Source: Candidatus Tectimicrobiota bacterium (lineage in GTDB: Bacteria > JACPUC01). Taken from it: a stretch of 64,000 nt of DNA. Numbering within the stretch: position 1 is the stretch's first letter; each line of letters opens with the position of its first letter. The stretch covers positions 1 through 64,000 of the forward strand of contig JACPUC010000003.1 in the NCBI GenBank assembly GCA_016192455.1, in the 5' to 3' direction. Made by a program: the position numbers and the translations under genes. Under the pieces are notes generated by a model. The model saw only the letters and a list, made by a program, of their open reading frames with translations, was not told the DNA's origin and made no database searches. Below are positions 19,946-28,395 of the stretch, piece after piece.

Positions 19946-19959
19946 TTGATGTGGATCAA
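19946..19959. promoter_or_regulatory. FNR/DNR/NnrR-type box
   Basis: Perfect TTGAT-GTGG-ATCAA about 70 bp upstream of the NnrS-like start. Confidence 0.8.
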
Positions 19960-20368
19960 CGGCGGCAATTTTTCCCGTGGGGAGTGGAGGGGCGCCGCTC
20001 GCCCCGCAACGAACCCACGGTGCTGGAGCTCCGTGCCACCGCAACGCGAGACGTGCCCTGGAAGCGGTCTCTTGACATAGACGCCGCCTCTGTTATGATA
20101 CCTGCTAAATCAGTCGATGTTCGCTTCGTCCGCCAGCAGCGAGCACGGTGGCATGGGTGCACAAGTCCTGGCAACCTAACAACAGTAGGTGAAGCGAACA
20201 CAAAAGTGGGTCCGTTTCCTGAAGGAAGCAGCGACGCTGTGCGTTACGGGCATCGCCATGTGCCGTCGATGGCGCAGACTCCTAAGATACGCCGATTGCA
20301 AGGGAAACGATTAAGAATGAGTGGCTATTCTACCACTTGCCGTATTCACACAGTTAGGGGACTAAACA

Positions 20369-21262
20369 ATGGGATCAATACCAAAGAAGGTGGAAAGTCG
20401 TCTGGCTGACGGACTGAAGAAGTACCAACCCATCATCCGATCGGCACGTGATCGAGATATAAACGAATCGGATACAAGCGTAATTGTTGCGGACGTTCTT
20501 GCTGAGTTATTCGGCTACGATAAATACTCCGAAATTACTACAGAATATGCTATTCGAGGAACCTACTGCGATCTTGCTATTAAGATTGATGGCAAGCCCC
20601 ATCTCTTGATTGAAGTAAAAGCTGCTGCAGTTGACTTCAAAGAGTCACACGTCAAGCAGGCCGTTGATTATGCCTCGAATCAAGGTGTCGACTGGGTTGC
20701 CCTCACGAACGGAGTGATTTGGAAGGTGTTTCGTGTTATCTTTGCCAAGCCAATACATGCAGAACTTCTTGTAGAAATTGACCTGCTCAGTCTCAATCCT
20801 CGGAATTCATCGCATTTAGAAAGTCTCTATCTCCTGACTCGAGAGGGAGTGCTCAAATCGGCACTTCTAAATTACCATACGCAGAAGCAAGCCTTGGACA
20901 GGTTTTCTCTTGCCGCCATCCTGACAAGTGACCTTATGCTCAATGTAATTAGGCGGGAACTTCGCCGCCTCTCTCCTGGTATTAGTATTCAGATTCCTGA
21001 AATAAGATCAGTATTGGAGCAAGATGTACTAAAACGTGAAGTTGTTGAGGGTGATTACGCTAATGAGGCGAAGAAGAGAATTCAACGTGTCAGCCGCCGA
21101 CTTAAGAAGCTTGATCAGCCCAAGACTGGCGATAAAGGTATGCACGAGGATATTGATGAACCTCCTACCATTAGGAGCACACTGTTGAAAAACGATTCGG
21201 CCTCAAAGGTCACTGGTGAATCGGTTGAAAACCAAGCCAAAGATGAAAACCAAGTTTCCTAG
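20369..21262 (+). CDS. Type I restriction HsdR N-terminal-like PD-(D/E)xK nuclease domain protein
   Basis: NESDT, LFGYD, CDLAI, LIEVK, QAVDY, LTNG; low GC. Confidence 0.8.
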   Translation: MGSIPKKVESRLADGLKKYQPIIRSARDRDINESDTSVIVADVLAELFGYDKYSEITTEYAIRGTYCDLAIKIDGKPHLLIEVKAAAVDFKESHVKQAVDYASNQGVDWVALTNGVIWKVFRVIFAKPIHAELLVEIDLLSLNPRNSSHLESLYLLTREGVLKSALLNYHTQKQALDRFSLAAILTSDLMLNVIRRELRRLSPGISIQIPEIRSVLEQDVLKREVVEGDYANEAKKRIQRVSRRLKKLDQPKTGDKGMHEDIDEPPTIRSTLLKNDSASKVTGESVENQAKDENQVS

Positions 21263-21435
21263 TTTAATCCTTTATGTAACACCGCTCCGAGGATACTCCT
21301 CTTATAGAATTCTCGGTCAACGGAATTTAATGCTTAATGCTATGTTACAAGCCAGGCGCGTAGCAGATCAATGTCTAACTAGCATTCCTGCATTTGCGAA
21401 AATAATATCCGTTGCTTAAATAGAACAAGTGAAAG

Positions 21436-23445
21436 CTAACGTCCCCCCTCCTTCTCCCCGCCCACCAGGTCGTAGATGCGCGTTTCGAGGAAGAGCTGGA
21501 AGAGGTCGGGATCGAGGTGGCCGCTCTTCATCTCGGCCTCGAGGATGGAGAGGGCGCGCTCGGGGGGGATGGCGCGCTTGTACGGCCGGTCGCGCGCCGT
21601 GAGGGCGTCGTAGATATCGGCGATGGTCATCATCCTCGCCTGCGGCGGGATCACCCCCGCAATGACGCTGCGCGGGTAGCCGGAGCCGTCCAGCTTCTCG
21701 TGGTGGGCATAGGCGATCTCGGGCACCTGGCGCAGCTCGCGGGTCCAGGGGATCTTGCTGAGGAAGTTGTAGGTGTGGGTGACGTGCGACTCGATCTCCA
21801 GGCGTTCCTCGGGGTTGAGGCTGCCTTTGCTGATGCTGAGGTTGTAGTACTCGCGCTCGGTGAGGTACGGGATGATGCTGCCCTCGGGCTCGGCCAGGGC
21901 CTGGTTGGCGATCTCCGAGAGTTTCTCGAAGCCGGTCGCCGGCAGCACCGTCGGCTCATTCACCTGCAGAATGAAGGCGTACGCCTCGTTGACGGCTGCC
22001 ACCTTGGCCTGCAGTTCGGCGTCGAGGGCCGCAAGCGGCGCGGCGCCGGCGCCGCCTTGCTGCAGGCAATGCAGCTTGCGGCGCGCGACGTCGAGCTCGA
22101 TGGCCTTGCGCAGGAAGCAGTAGCGCTGCGAGAGCAGCTCGAGCTCGTTCGGGTAGAGCTTCTTCGCCTTCACCAACACGGGCTCGCGCACGCCGATCTT
22201 GCCGAAATCGTGCAGCAGCGAGGCGTAGTTGATCTCCTTCATCTGCTCGGGAGTGAAGTGCACGTCGCGGTAAGGACCGCGGTCGAGGCGGTCCACCTGC
22301 TCGGCCAGCGCCACGGTGAGGATCGCCACGCGCGTCGAATGACCGGAGGTGGTGGGGTCGCGCGCTTCAATCGCGGTGACGGAGGCGCGGATGAACCCTT
22401 CGAAGAGTTTCTGGATCTCCTCGTAGAGGAGGGCGTTCTCGATGGCGATGGCCGCCTGGCTGGAGAGGGAGTAGGCGAGCTCCTCGCACTCCGCATCGAA
22501 GGGGATGATCGCCTCGGCGATAGCCTCCGGGGTATCCAGGGTGATGGCGGCGCTCTTTTTTCGGTTGATGAGCTGCAGCACGCCGATGCTCTCATTTTTC
22601 TGGTTGCGCATCGGCACCACCAGCATCGATTTGGTGCGGTAGCCGGTGGACTCGTCGAAGGAGCGATTGATGCTGAACTCGCAGCCCGGCGGCAGCTCGT
22701 AGCAATCCTGAATGTTCTCCGGCGCGCCGGTGATGGAGACGAATCCCGCGATGCTCTGGCGGTTGATCGGCATCGTGAACTGCTGGTAGGGAACCGGGCG
22801 GGTGTCGTTCTGGGCCAGGGTGAAGCGCAGGCGCTTGTTGGCGAGAAAATCTTTCTCGTCCGCCGGCATACCCTCGATCTCGTCGATGAGGTAGAGGCTG
22901 CCGGCGTCGGCCACGGTGATCTCGCGGGCGAGGCGCAGGATCTTCTCGAGCAGGGTGTCCAGGTTGTGCTCGCTGGAGAGCGCGGTGCCGATGCGGTTCA
23001 GCTCGTGCATGGCGTGTTCCTGGCGCGTCACCTGCTGCTGCAGCGCCAGGCGCTCCGCCTTCAGGCGCAGGGTGTCACTCGCCAGTCGCAGGGTGGTGCG
23101 GAGCTGGGGCGGGCGCACCGGCCTCGTCAGGTAGCCACCAAGGTACGGGTTCGCGAAGCTGTGCTCCTCGAGGGAGGCCTCCTTCTCCGCGTCGATGATG
23201 GGCACCAGGGCGAAGGGGCGAGGCCTCTCCCCGCTCTTCAGGGAGGTGATTTTCCCAAGAGCCTCGAGACAAAGCTGCTGATCGACAAGGAGGAGCAGCG
23301 GGTTCTCGTCGTGATCGAGCGACAGCAGCTCGACCGACCGCAGCGTGGGCAGCAGGCGATAGTCGGGCTGGAGCTGCTCGAGGGTCTGCTCGATGAGGCT
23401 GTCCGGAGAGGCGTCAACGTACAGGAGCGTAATCGGGAGGCTCAT
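21436..23445 (-). CDS. GAF + HD-GYP cyclic-dinucleotide phosphodiesterase
   Basis: GAF (GYRTKSMLVVPM, GVLQLIN), LLHDFGK, HHEKLDGSGYP, DRPYK. Confidence 0.92.
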   Translation of the reverse strand: MSLPITLLYVDASPDSLIEQTLEQLQPDYRLLPTLRSVELLSLDHDENPLLLLVDQQLCLEALGKITSLKSGERPRPFALVPIIDAEKEASLEEHSFANPYLGGYLTRPVRPPQLRTTLRLASDTLRLKAERLALQQQVTRQEHAMHELNRIGTALSSEHNLDTLLEKILRLAREITVADAGSLYLIDEIEGMPADEKDFLANKRLRFTLAQNDTRPVPYQQFTMPINRQSIAGFVSITGAPENIQDCYELPPGCEFSINRSFDESTGYRTKSMLVVPMRNQKNESIGVLQLINRKKSAAITLDTPEAIAEAIIPFDAECEELAYSLSSQAAIAIENALLYEEIQKLFEGFIRASVTAIEARDPTTSGHSTRVAILTVALAEQVDRLDRGPYRDVHFTPEQMKEINYASLLHDFGKIGVREPVLVKAKKLYPNELELLSQRYCFLRKAIELDVARRKLHCLQQGGAGAAPLAALDAELQAKVAAVNEAYAFILQVNEPTVLPATGFEKLSEIANQALAEPEGSIIPYLTEREYYNLSISKGSLNPEERLEIESHVTHTYNFLSKIPWTRELRQVPEIAYAHHEKLDGSGYPRSVIAGVIPPQARMMTIADIYDALTARDRPYKRAIPPERALSILEAEMKSGHLDPDLFQLFLETRIYDLVGGEKEGGR

Positions 23446-23676
23446 GGTCCGCCTGCTCCCTCCTGCCCTGCGGGTTCATGGCCCTCATGCCATGGACGCC
23501 GTGGGGATGCCCGTCGTTCCAGGTGGGGATGGGGCGCGCCGCCCACCTCCGCGGCTGCCCCGCTCCTGACCACCATGCCCCTGGGGAACTGACGAGCGAG
23601 GCATCCTGCGATCCTTCGCCGCGCTGCCTCCGCACACCAACTCACAAGCCCTGGGAACAGCGGCGCACTGCACGAC

Positions 23677-23693
23677 AGCAAGTTTCGTGCCAA
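23677..23693 (-). promoter_or_regulatory. Sigma54 (-24/-12) promoter
   Basis: Minus strand TTGGCACGAAACTTGCT, perfect TGGCAC-N5-TTGC, about 230 bp upstream of the HD-GYP gene. Confidence 0.75.
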
Positions 23694-24298
23694 AACTCAT
23701 CCACGGCGCCGCCTGCACAGGCTCCCCGGCCTGGGGCTCCCCGCCGGCGACCCACCCTGCAGCCCCATTCCCGGCGACAATGCTTGCGGTACGGGCGGCG
23801 ACGCGCAGGATGCGTCTGCCGGCTCGTTCCCGCCTCGCCGCGAGGCGCATGGAGCAGCCTTAGGCGTCACCCCCGCCAGCCGCTCTCTCGTTGCCCCCTC
23901 TGCTCCTCAAACCTGAGGAAGCCGCAGCGTGGAGACGCTCTTCCGCCCTCCGGAGTCGCGCGTCGCTCCGTTGCGGGGAGACCTCGGCGCGGAATCCACC
24001 CTTCCCTGATTTCTCCTTCCTATTCTAAGTCAGAAAACCGCCTCTTCAAGAGCAAAGAGAGCTTCAAAACGTGCCCGAGGGAGACTTTTCGCCAAGGGGG
24101 AGACGGACCCCTTCGCGCTCGACCCTTGCTGTGGTGAAACCGCCACTCCATGGTCCAACCTTCCCCCTTGGTGTGGCCAACGCGGCGGGGGTATTGCCGC
24201 GCCCCTCTCCTCCCCCGGCGCCGAAGCTTCCATCCCCCTCGCCTGAATTGACGCTTTCTTGCCCCCGTTCCTTGCGCCTCGTCGCGGCGGCACAGGCC

Positions 24299-25612
24299 TT
24301 ACGGGTTGGCACCCACGAGGGCCTCGAGGGCGTCCGGTTCCTTCTCCAGGCCGCCGGTCAAGACCTCGCAGCCGTCCTGCGTGACCAGGACGTCGTCCTC
24401 GATGCGCACCCCGATGCCCCAGAACTGCGAGGCCACCCCCTCGCTCCGTGGAGCGATATAGAGTCCCGGCTCCACGGTGAGGACCATCCCCGGCTCCAGG
24501 GCGCGCCAGGTTTCGCCAAGCTTGTACTTGCCCACGTCATGCACATCCATCCCCAGCCAGTGGCTGGTGCGGTGCATGTAGAAGCGCCGGTAGGCTTCCG
24601 CGGCGATGAGCTCCGGCACGTCGCCCCGCAGGATGCCGAGGTCCACGAGCCCCTCCACCAGGCAGGCCAGGGCGGTCTCGTGCACCTCGACGAAGCTGGC
24701 GCCGGGACGCACCCTGGCGATGGCGCGCTGCTGCGCGCGCAGGACCACCTCGTAGACGGCGCGCTGCGGCACCGTGAAGCGCCCGCTGGCGGGGAAGGTG
24801 CGGGTGATGTCGGCGGTGTAGAAGGCGTGCTCCGCCCCGGCATCAATGAGCACGAGGTCGTCGGCGCCGATGGTGGCGTCGTTCCTAACGTAGTGCAGCA
24901 CCGTTGCATTGGCGCCGCTGCCAACGATGCTGGGGTAGCCGGCCCCCGTGGCGCCGCGGCTGCGGAACTGGTACTCCATGAGCGCTTCGAGCTCGTACTC
25001 CCGCATCCCCGGTCGCACCGCCCGCATGACAACGCGGTGGGCCTCCATGCTGACGGCGGCGGCGCGCCGCATGAGCTCCACTTCGGCGGCGCTCTTGAAG
25101 AGGCGCATCTCGTGCACCGTCTCCGTCGGGTCGAGGATACGGCTCGGCCCATGCACCCCCAGCCGCCGCTGCAGACGGTACTCCTGCAGCAGCGCGGCAA
25201 CCGCGGCATCGAAGGCGACATCCCGCCCGACGCAGTAGTAGAGCGTGTCGACGTTCTTCAGGTGCTCCTTCAGGCGAGCCTGAAGCTCCCCGATGGGGTA
25301 GGCGGCATCCGCGCCGTACTGTTCCACCGCCCCTTCGACGCCGGCGCGCCATCCCGTCCACACCTCCTCCTCCGCGTTCTTCGGCTGCACGAAGAGGACG
25401 CAGCGGTGCTCCGCATGCCCAGGGGCCAACAGCAGCGCGGCGTTCGGCTCCTCGAAGCCGCTCAGGTAGTAGAAATCGTTATCGGCGCGATACTTGAAGT
25501 GCACGTCGTTCGAGCGCAGGGCGAGGGGGGCATTGCGAAACAGCGCCACCCCTCCTTCCATGGTCGACATGAACTTCTCGCGCCGCATCTGGAACATGGC
25601 GGAGCGGTCCAT
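24299..25612 (-). CDS. pepP: Xaa-Pro aminopeptidase P
   Basis: DFYYLSGFEEP, YTADITRTFP, HRTSHWLGMDVHD, TVEPGLY, GVRIEDD; ATG with GGAGG RBS. Confidence 0.93.
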   Translation of the reverse strand: MDRSAMFQMRREKFMSTMEGGVALFRNAPLALRSNDVHFKYRADNDFYYLSGFEEPNAALLLAPGHAEHRCVLFVQPKNAEEEVWTGWRAGVEGAVEQYGADAAYPIGELQARLKEHLKNVDTLYYCVGRDVAFDAAVAALLQEYRLQRRLGVHGPSRILDPTETVHEMRLFKSAAEVELMRRAAAVSMEAHRVVMRAVRPGMREYELEALMEYQFRSRGATGAGYPSIVGSGANATVLHYVRNDATIGADDLVLIDAGAEHAFYTADITRTFPASGRFTVPQRAVYEVVLRAQQRAIARVRPGASFVEVHETALACLVEGLVDLGILRGDVPELIAAEAYRRFYMHRTSHWLGMDVHDVGKYKLGETWRALEPGMVLTVEPGLYIAPRSEGVASQFWGIGVRIEDDVLVTQDGCEVLTGGLEKEPDALEALVGANP

Positions 25613-25840
25613 CTGCCTCCCCGGATCAAGAGCGGCGTTCCATGCCGCGCGGCAGAGCTGAGAAACATCGTGCCTCGCGGGCCGGTCCTCTGTCGTCCTC
25701 ATGATAGTCAACCCGGCGCGGGCTGTCACGCCTTTGCGCGCCTGCGGTTTTCTGGCATACTGACGCCTCTGGGGAAGAGACCGGGGGGCCGCCCGGCGGC
25801 TCAGGGCGGCCGCCGGTTCGCGCATGGCTAGGGGGAGAGC

Positions 25841-26005
25841 ATGGAGAAGATGGTCTGCGGCATCTGCGGCTACGTCTATGATCCCGCCGAGGGAGACGAT
25901 ACATCCAGGGTGGCCCCTGGCACGAGCTGGGCGGACCTGCCGAGGGACTGGTCCTGTCCAGTCTGCGGGGCCGATCAGGGAAGCTTTGTCCCCATGGAGG
26001 AGTGA
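25841..26005 (+). CDS. Rubredoxin (54 aa; absent from ORF track)
   Basis: MEKMVCGICGYVYDPAEGD...WADLPRDWSCPVCGA. Confidence 0.93.
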   Translation: MEKMVCGICGYVYDPAEGDDTSRVAPGTSWADLPRDWSCPVCGADQGSFVPMEE

Positions 26006-26122
26006 AGTTGAACCGCGGCGGCAGGGTTCCCTTGTCGCGAGGAACCGGGGGAGGTTCCGCTGGAGCTGGCGCGCCTGATCCTGCACCCGGCCTCTGTATC
26101 TTTCTCCAGCCCGGAGTTCGAT

Positions 26123-26860
26123 ATGTCGTTGGAAGGAAACGTGGCGCTCGTGACTGGCAGTTCGCGCGGCATCGGCAAGGCGATTGCCTTGGAGCTGGCG
26201 GCGAAGGGGGCCGACGTGGTGGTCAACTACCGCCGCCAGCGCCAGCTTGCCCTCGACGTGGTGACAAAGATTCGCGCCATGGGGCGCCGCTCCATCGCCG
26301 TGCGCGCCGATATCGCCCGGCTGTCGCACGTCATGGCCCTCATGGACCGCATTGCCAAGGAGTTCGGCTCCCTCGACATCCTCGTCAATAACGCCGCCAT
26401 CAGCGCCTTCCGCCGCGTGGAGGATATGCGCGACCGCGACTGGGACCGCACCTTGAACGTCAACTTCAAGGGCGTCGTCTGGTGCGTCCGCGAGGCGCTG
26501 AAGATCATGAACCCCAACGGCAAGATCGTCAGCCTGACGAGCTTCGGCATCTTCACCTACATCCCGCGCTACGGCCCCATCGCGGCCTGCAAGGCGGCCA
26601 TCGAGAGCCTGACGCGCACCCTCTCGGTGGAGCTCACCGAACGCGACATCAACGTCAACGTCGTCAACGGCGGCCCCATCGCCACGGAGTCGTTGAAGTT
26701 CTTCGTCGCCGAGGCGAGGCAGTGGAGCGAACGCACGCCGATGAAACGCATCGGCACGCCGGAAGACCTCGCCCACGTGGTGGCGTTCCTGTGCAGCGAC
26801 GAGGCGCGCTGGATTCGCGGCCAAAGCATTCTCGTCGATGGCGGCATGACGATCATGTAG
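26123..26860 (+). CDS. Short-chain dehydrogenase/reductase (FabL/FabG-like)
   Basis: TGSSRGIG, LVNNA, YGPIAACK. Confidence 0.9.
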   Translation: MSLEGNVALVTGSSRGIGKAIALELAAKGADVVVNYRRQRQLALDVVTKIRAMGRRSIAVRADIARLSHVMALMDRIAKEFGSLDILVNNAAISAFRRVEDMRDRDWDRTLNVNFKGVVWCVREALKIMNPNGKIVSLTSFGIFTYIPRYGPIAACKAAIESLTRTLSVELTERDINVNVVNGGPIATESLKFFVAEARQWSERTPMKRIGTPEDLAHVVAFLCSDEARWIRGQSILVDGGMTIM

Positions 26861-26980
26861 GGGCGGGCTTCGTCCTTCCCACCCGCCGCCTCCGGGCAGG
26901 CCGACAGAGGCCCCTTTCTCAACGCGACGGGCGAACAAGGCGCGGCTGGGAGGCGCGCGAGGAGCGCCGCTGGCGCGCGG

Positions 26981-27778
26981 CTACGCGCCGGCGTGCCGGC
27001 GCAGCCAGGTGAGCACGATGCGGTCAAACTCCTCCGGCTGCTCCATGCTGGGGAGGTGGCCGGAGCCGAGAATCTCCACATACTCCGAGCCGGGGATGCG
27101 CTCGTAGATTTCCAGCGACAGGTGGGGCGGATCGAGGCGGTCCTCGCTGCCGACGAGAACCATGGTGGGGGCTTTGATGGCGGAGATCTGATCGACGATA
27201 TCGTAGTGCAGGAAGGCCTCGCTGGTGAGCTGCAGGGCCTTGCGGTCGGCGGCCATGCCGCGGGCAACCTCGGAGTCGACCACCTGGGGATTGCGCTCCA
27301 AAAAGCCGGGGCTGAAGATGATGGGGATGCGCCGGCGGGCGTAGGCCTCCATGTTGGCGGGATCATCGAGCATGGCGATGGTCTCGTGGTGGTACTTGTG
27401 GAACATCGGGTCCGCCGAGGCCCAGGTGCCGATGAGCACCAGGCTGCGGGCGAACTGCGGGCGCTTCAGGGCCATGATCATCGCCAGGCAGCCGCCCATG
27501 GAGGTGCCGACGAGATGGGCGCGCTCGATGCCGAGCGCGTCGCAGAGCGCCAGGTGGTCGTCGGCGAAGCCGTCGATGCTGTACGGCGCGCGCGGCTTGT
27601 CGGAGTCGCCGTGGCCGCGGCAGTCAACGGCCACGGCGCGGAACTCCGCGGCGTAGCGCCGCACCTGCGGCAGCCAAAAGGCGTGCGACCAGCCGTAGGC
27701 GTGCATGAAGAGCACCGCCTCCCCCCGACCGGCCTCCGTGTAGTTCAGCATGATGCCGTTGACGAGTGCTTGTGGCAT
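26981..27778 (-). CDS. Alpha/beta hydrolase
   Basis: GTSMGG nucleophile elbow, GSED, GHLP. Confidence 0.9.
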   Translation of the reverse strand: MPQALVNGIMLNYTEAGRGEAVLFMHAYGWSHAFWLPQVRRYAAEFRAVAVDCRGHGDSDKPRAPYSIDGFADDHLALCDALGIERAHLVGTSMGGCLAMIMALKRPQFARSLVLIGTWASADPMFHKYHHETIAMLDDPANMEAYARRRIPIIFSPGFLERNPQVVDSEVARGMAADRKALQLTSEAFLHYDIVDQISAIKAPTMVLVGSEDRLDPPHLSLEIYERIPGSEYVEILGSGHLPSMEQPEEFDRIVLTWLRRHAGA

Positions 27779-28062
27779 GGCCCGCGCCTCTCCCCTCGGG
27801 TGGGTTGCAGAACTTCATTCCCTGAATCGAAACCGCTGCCTGGTCGTGCGTCTTCGAAGCTGCGAAAGAACGTGAGGCGTCGGAGGCGGCCTAGGGAGTG
27901 GGGTTCTCGCGGGGAACCCTCGCTCCCCCCACCTACCTCCCGCCACGGCAGTGGCAGGCACCACCATGCTCCGCGAGCCGCGCGGCAGCTCGCGTAAACG
28001 GGGTGCGCGAGGGGGCGCGGCTCCCTCGCAAAAAGACGCGAGGTAACGTAGGTGACACTCCC

Positions 28063-28332
28063 TTAGTTCTCCACGTGGATGCAGTGCGCCATGCAATGGT
28101 GCACGCAGCTCGGTTGTTCGCCCCTGGCGAGCAGGTGGGCGCAAAGCGTGCAGCCCGCGTCGAGCCGCAGCTTCCAGGCCAACGTCAAGTTGCCGTTCAC
28201 CAGTTGAGGGCCATCGGTCGAGACGTGGATCCAGCTCTTTGCCGGCCCCAGCTCGTTTTCACTGCCGCACGCCACCTCGCACGCAAAACACCCGACGCAG
28301 CGCGCTTCATCCAGCACCAGCCTTGCTGCCAC
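28063..28332 (-). CDS. Small 4Fe-4S ferredoxin-like subunit
   Basis: CVGCFACEVAC and CTLC...PSCVHHC. Confidence 0.8.
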   Translation of the reverse strand: MAARLVLDEARCVGCFACEVACGSENELGPAKSWIHVSTDGPQLVNGNLTLAWKLRLDAGCTLCAHLLARGEQPSCVHHCMAHCIHVEN

Positions 28333-28395
28333 GGCTCCATCCTCACTGCAGGGCCGGGGTGGTCCTCCACCCGCGGCGGGTTCATCGCACGATGG

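Noticed and set aside
21517-23592. 691-aa plus-strand ORF, and similar long ORFs at 27898-30555, 24071-25831, 54728-56497 and 60864-62441
   Set aside because: Antisense shadows of well-supported genes, expected from high-GC codon bias; no recognisable motifs.
25613-26938. 879-aa ORF suggesting a large N-terminal fusion to PepP
   Set aside because: The extension is antisense to the rubredoxin and SDR genes; PepP has its own ATG and RBS at 25612.
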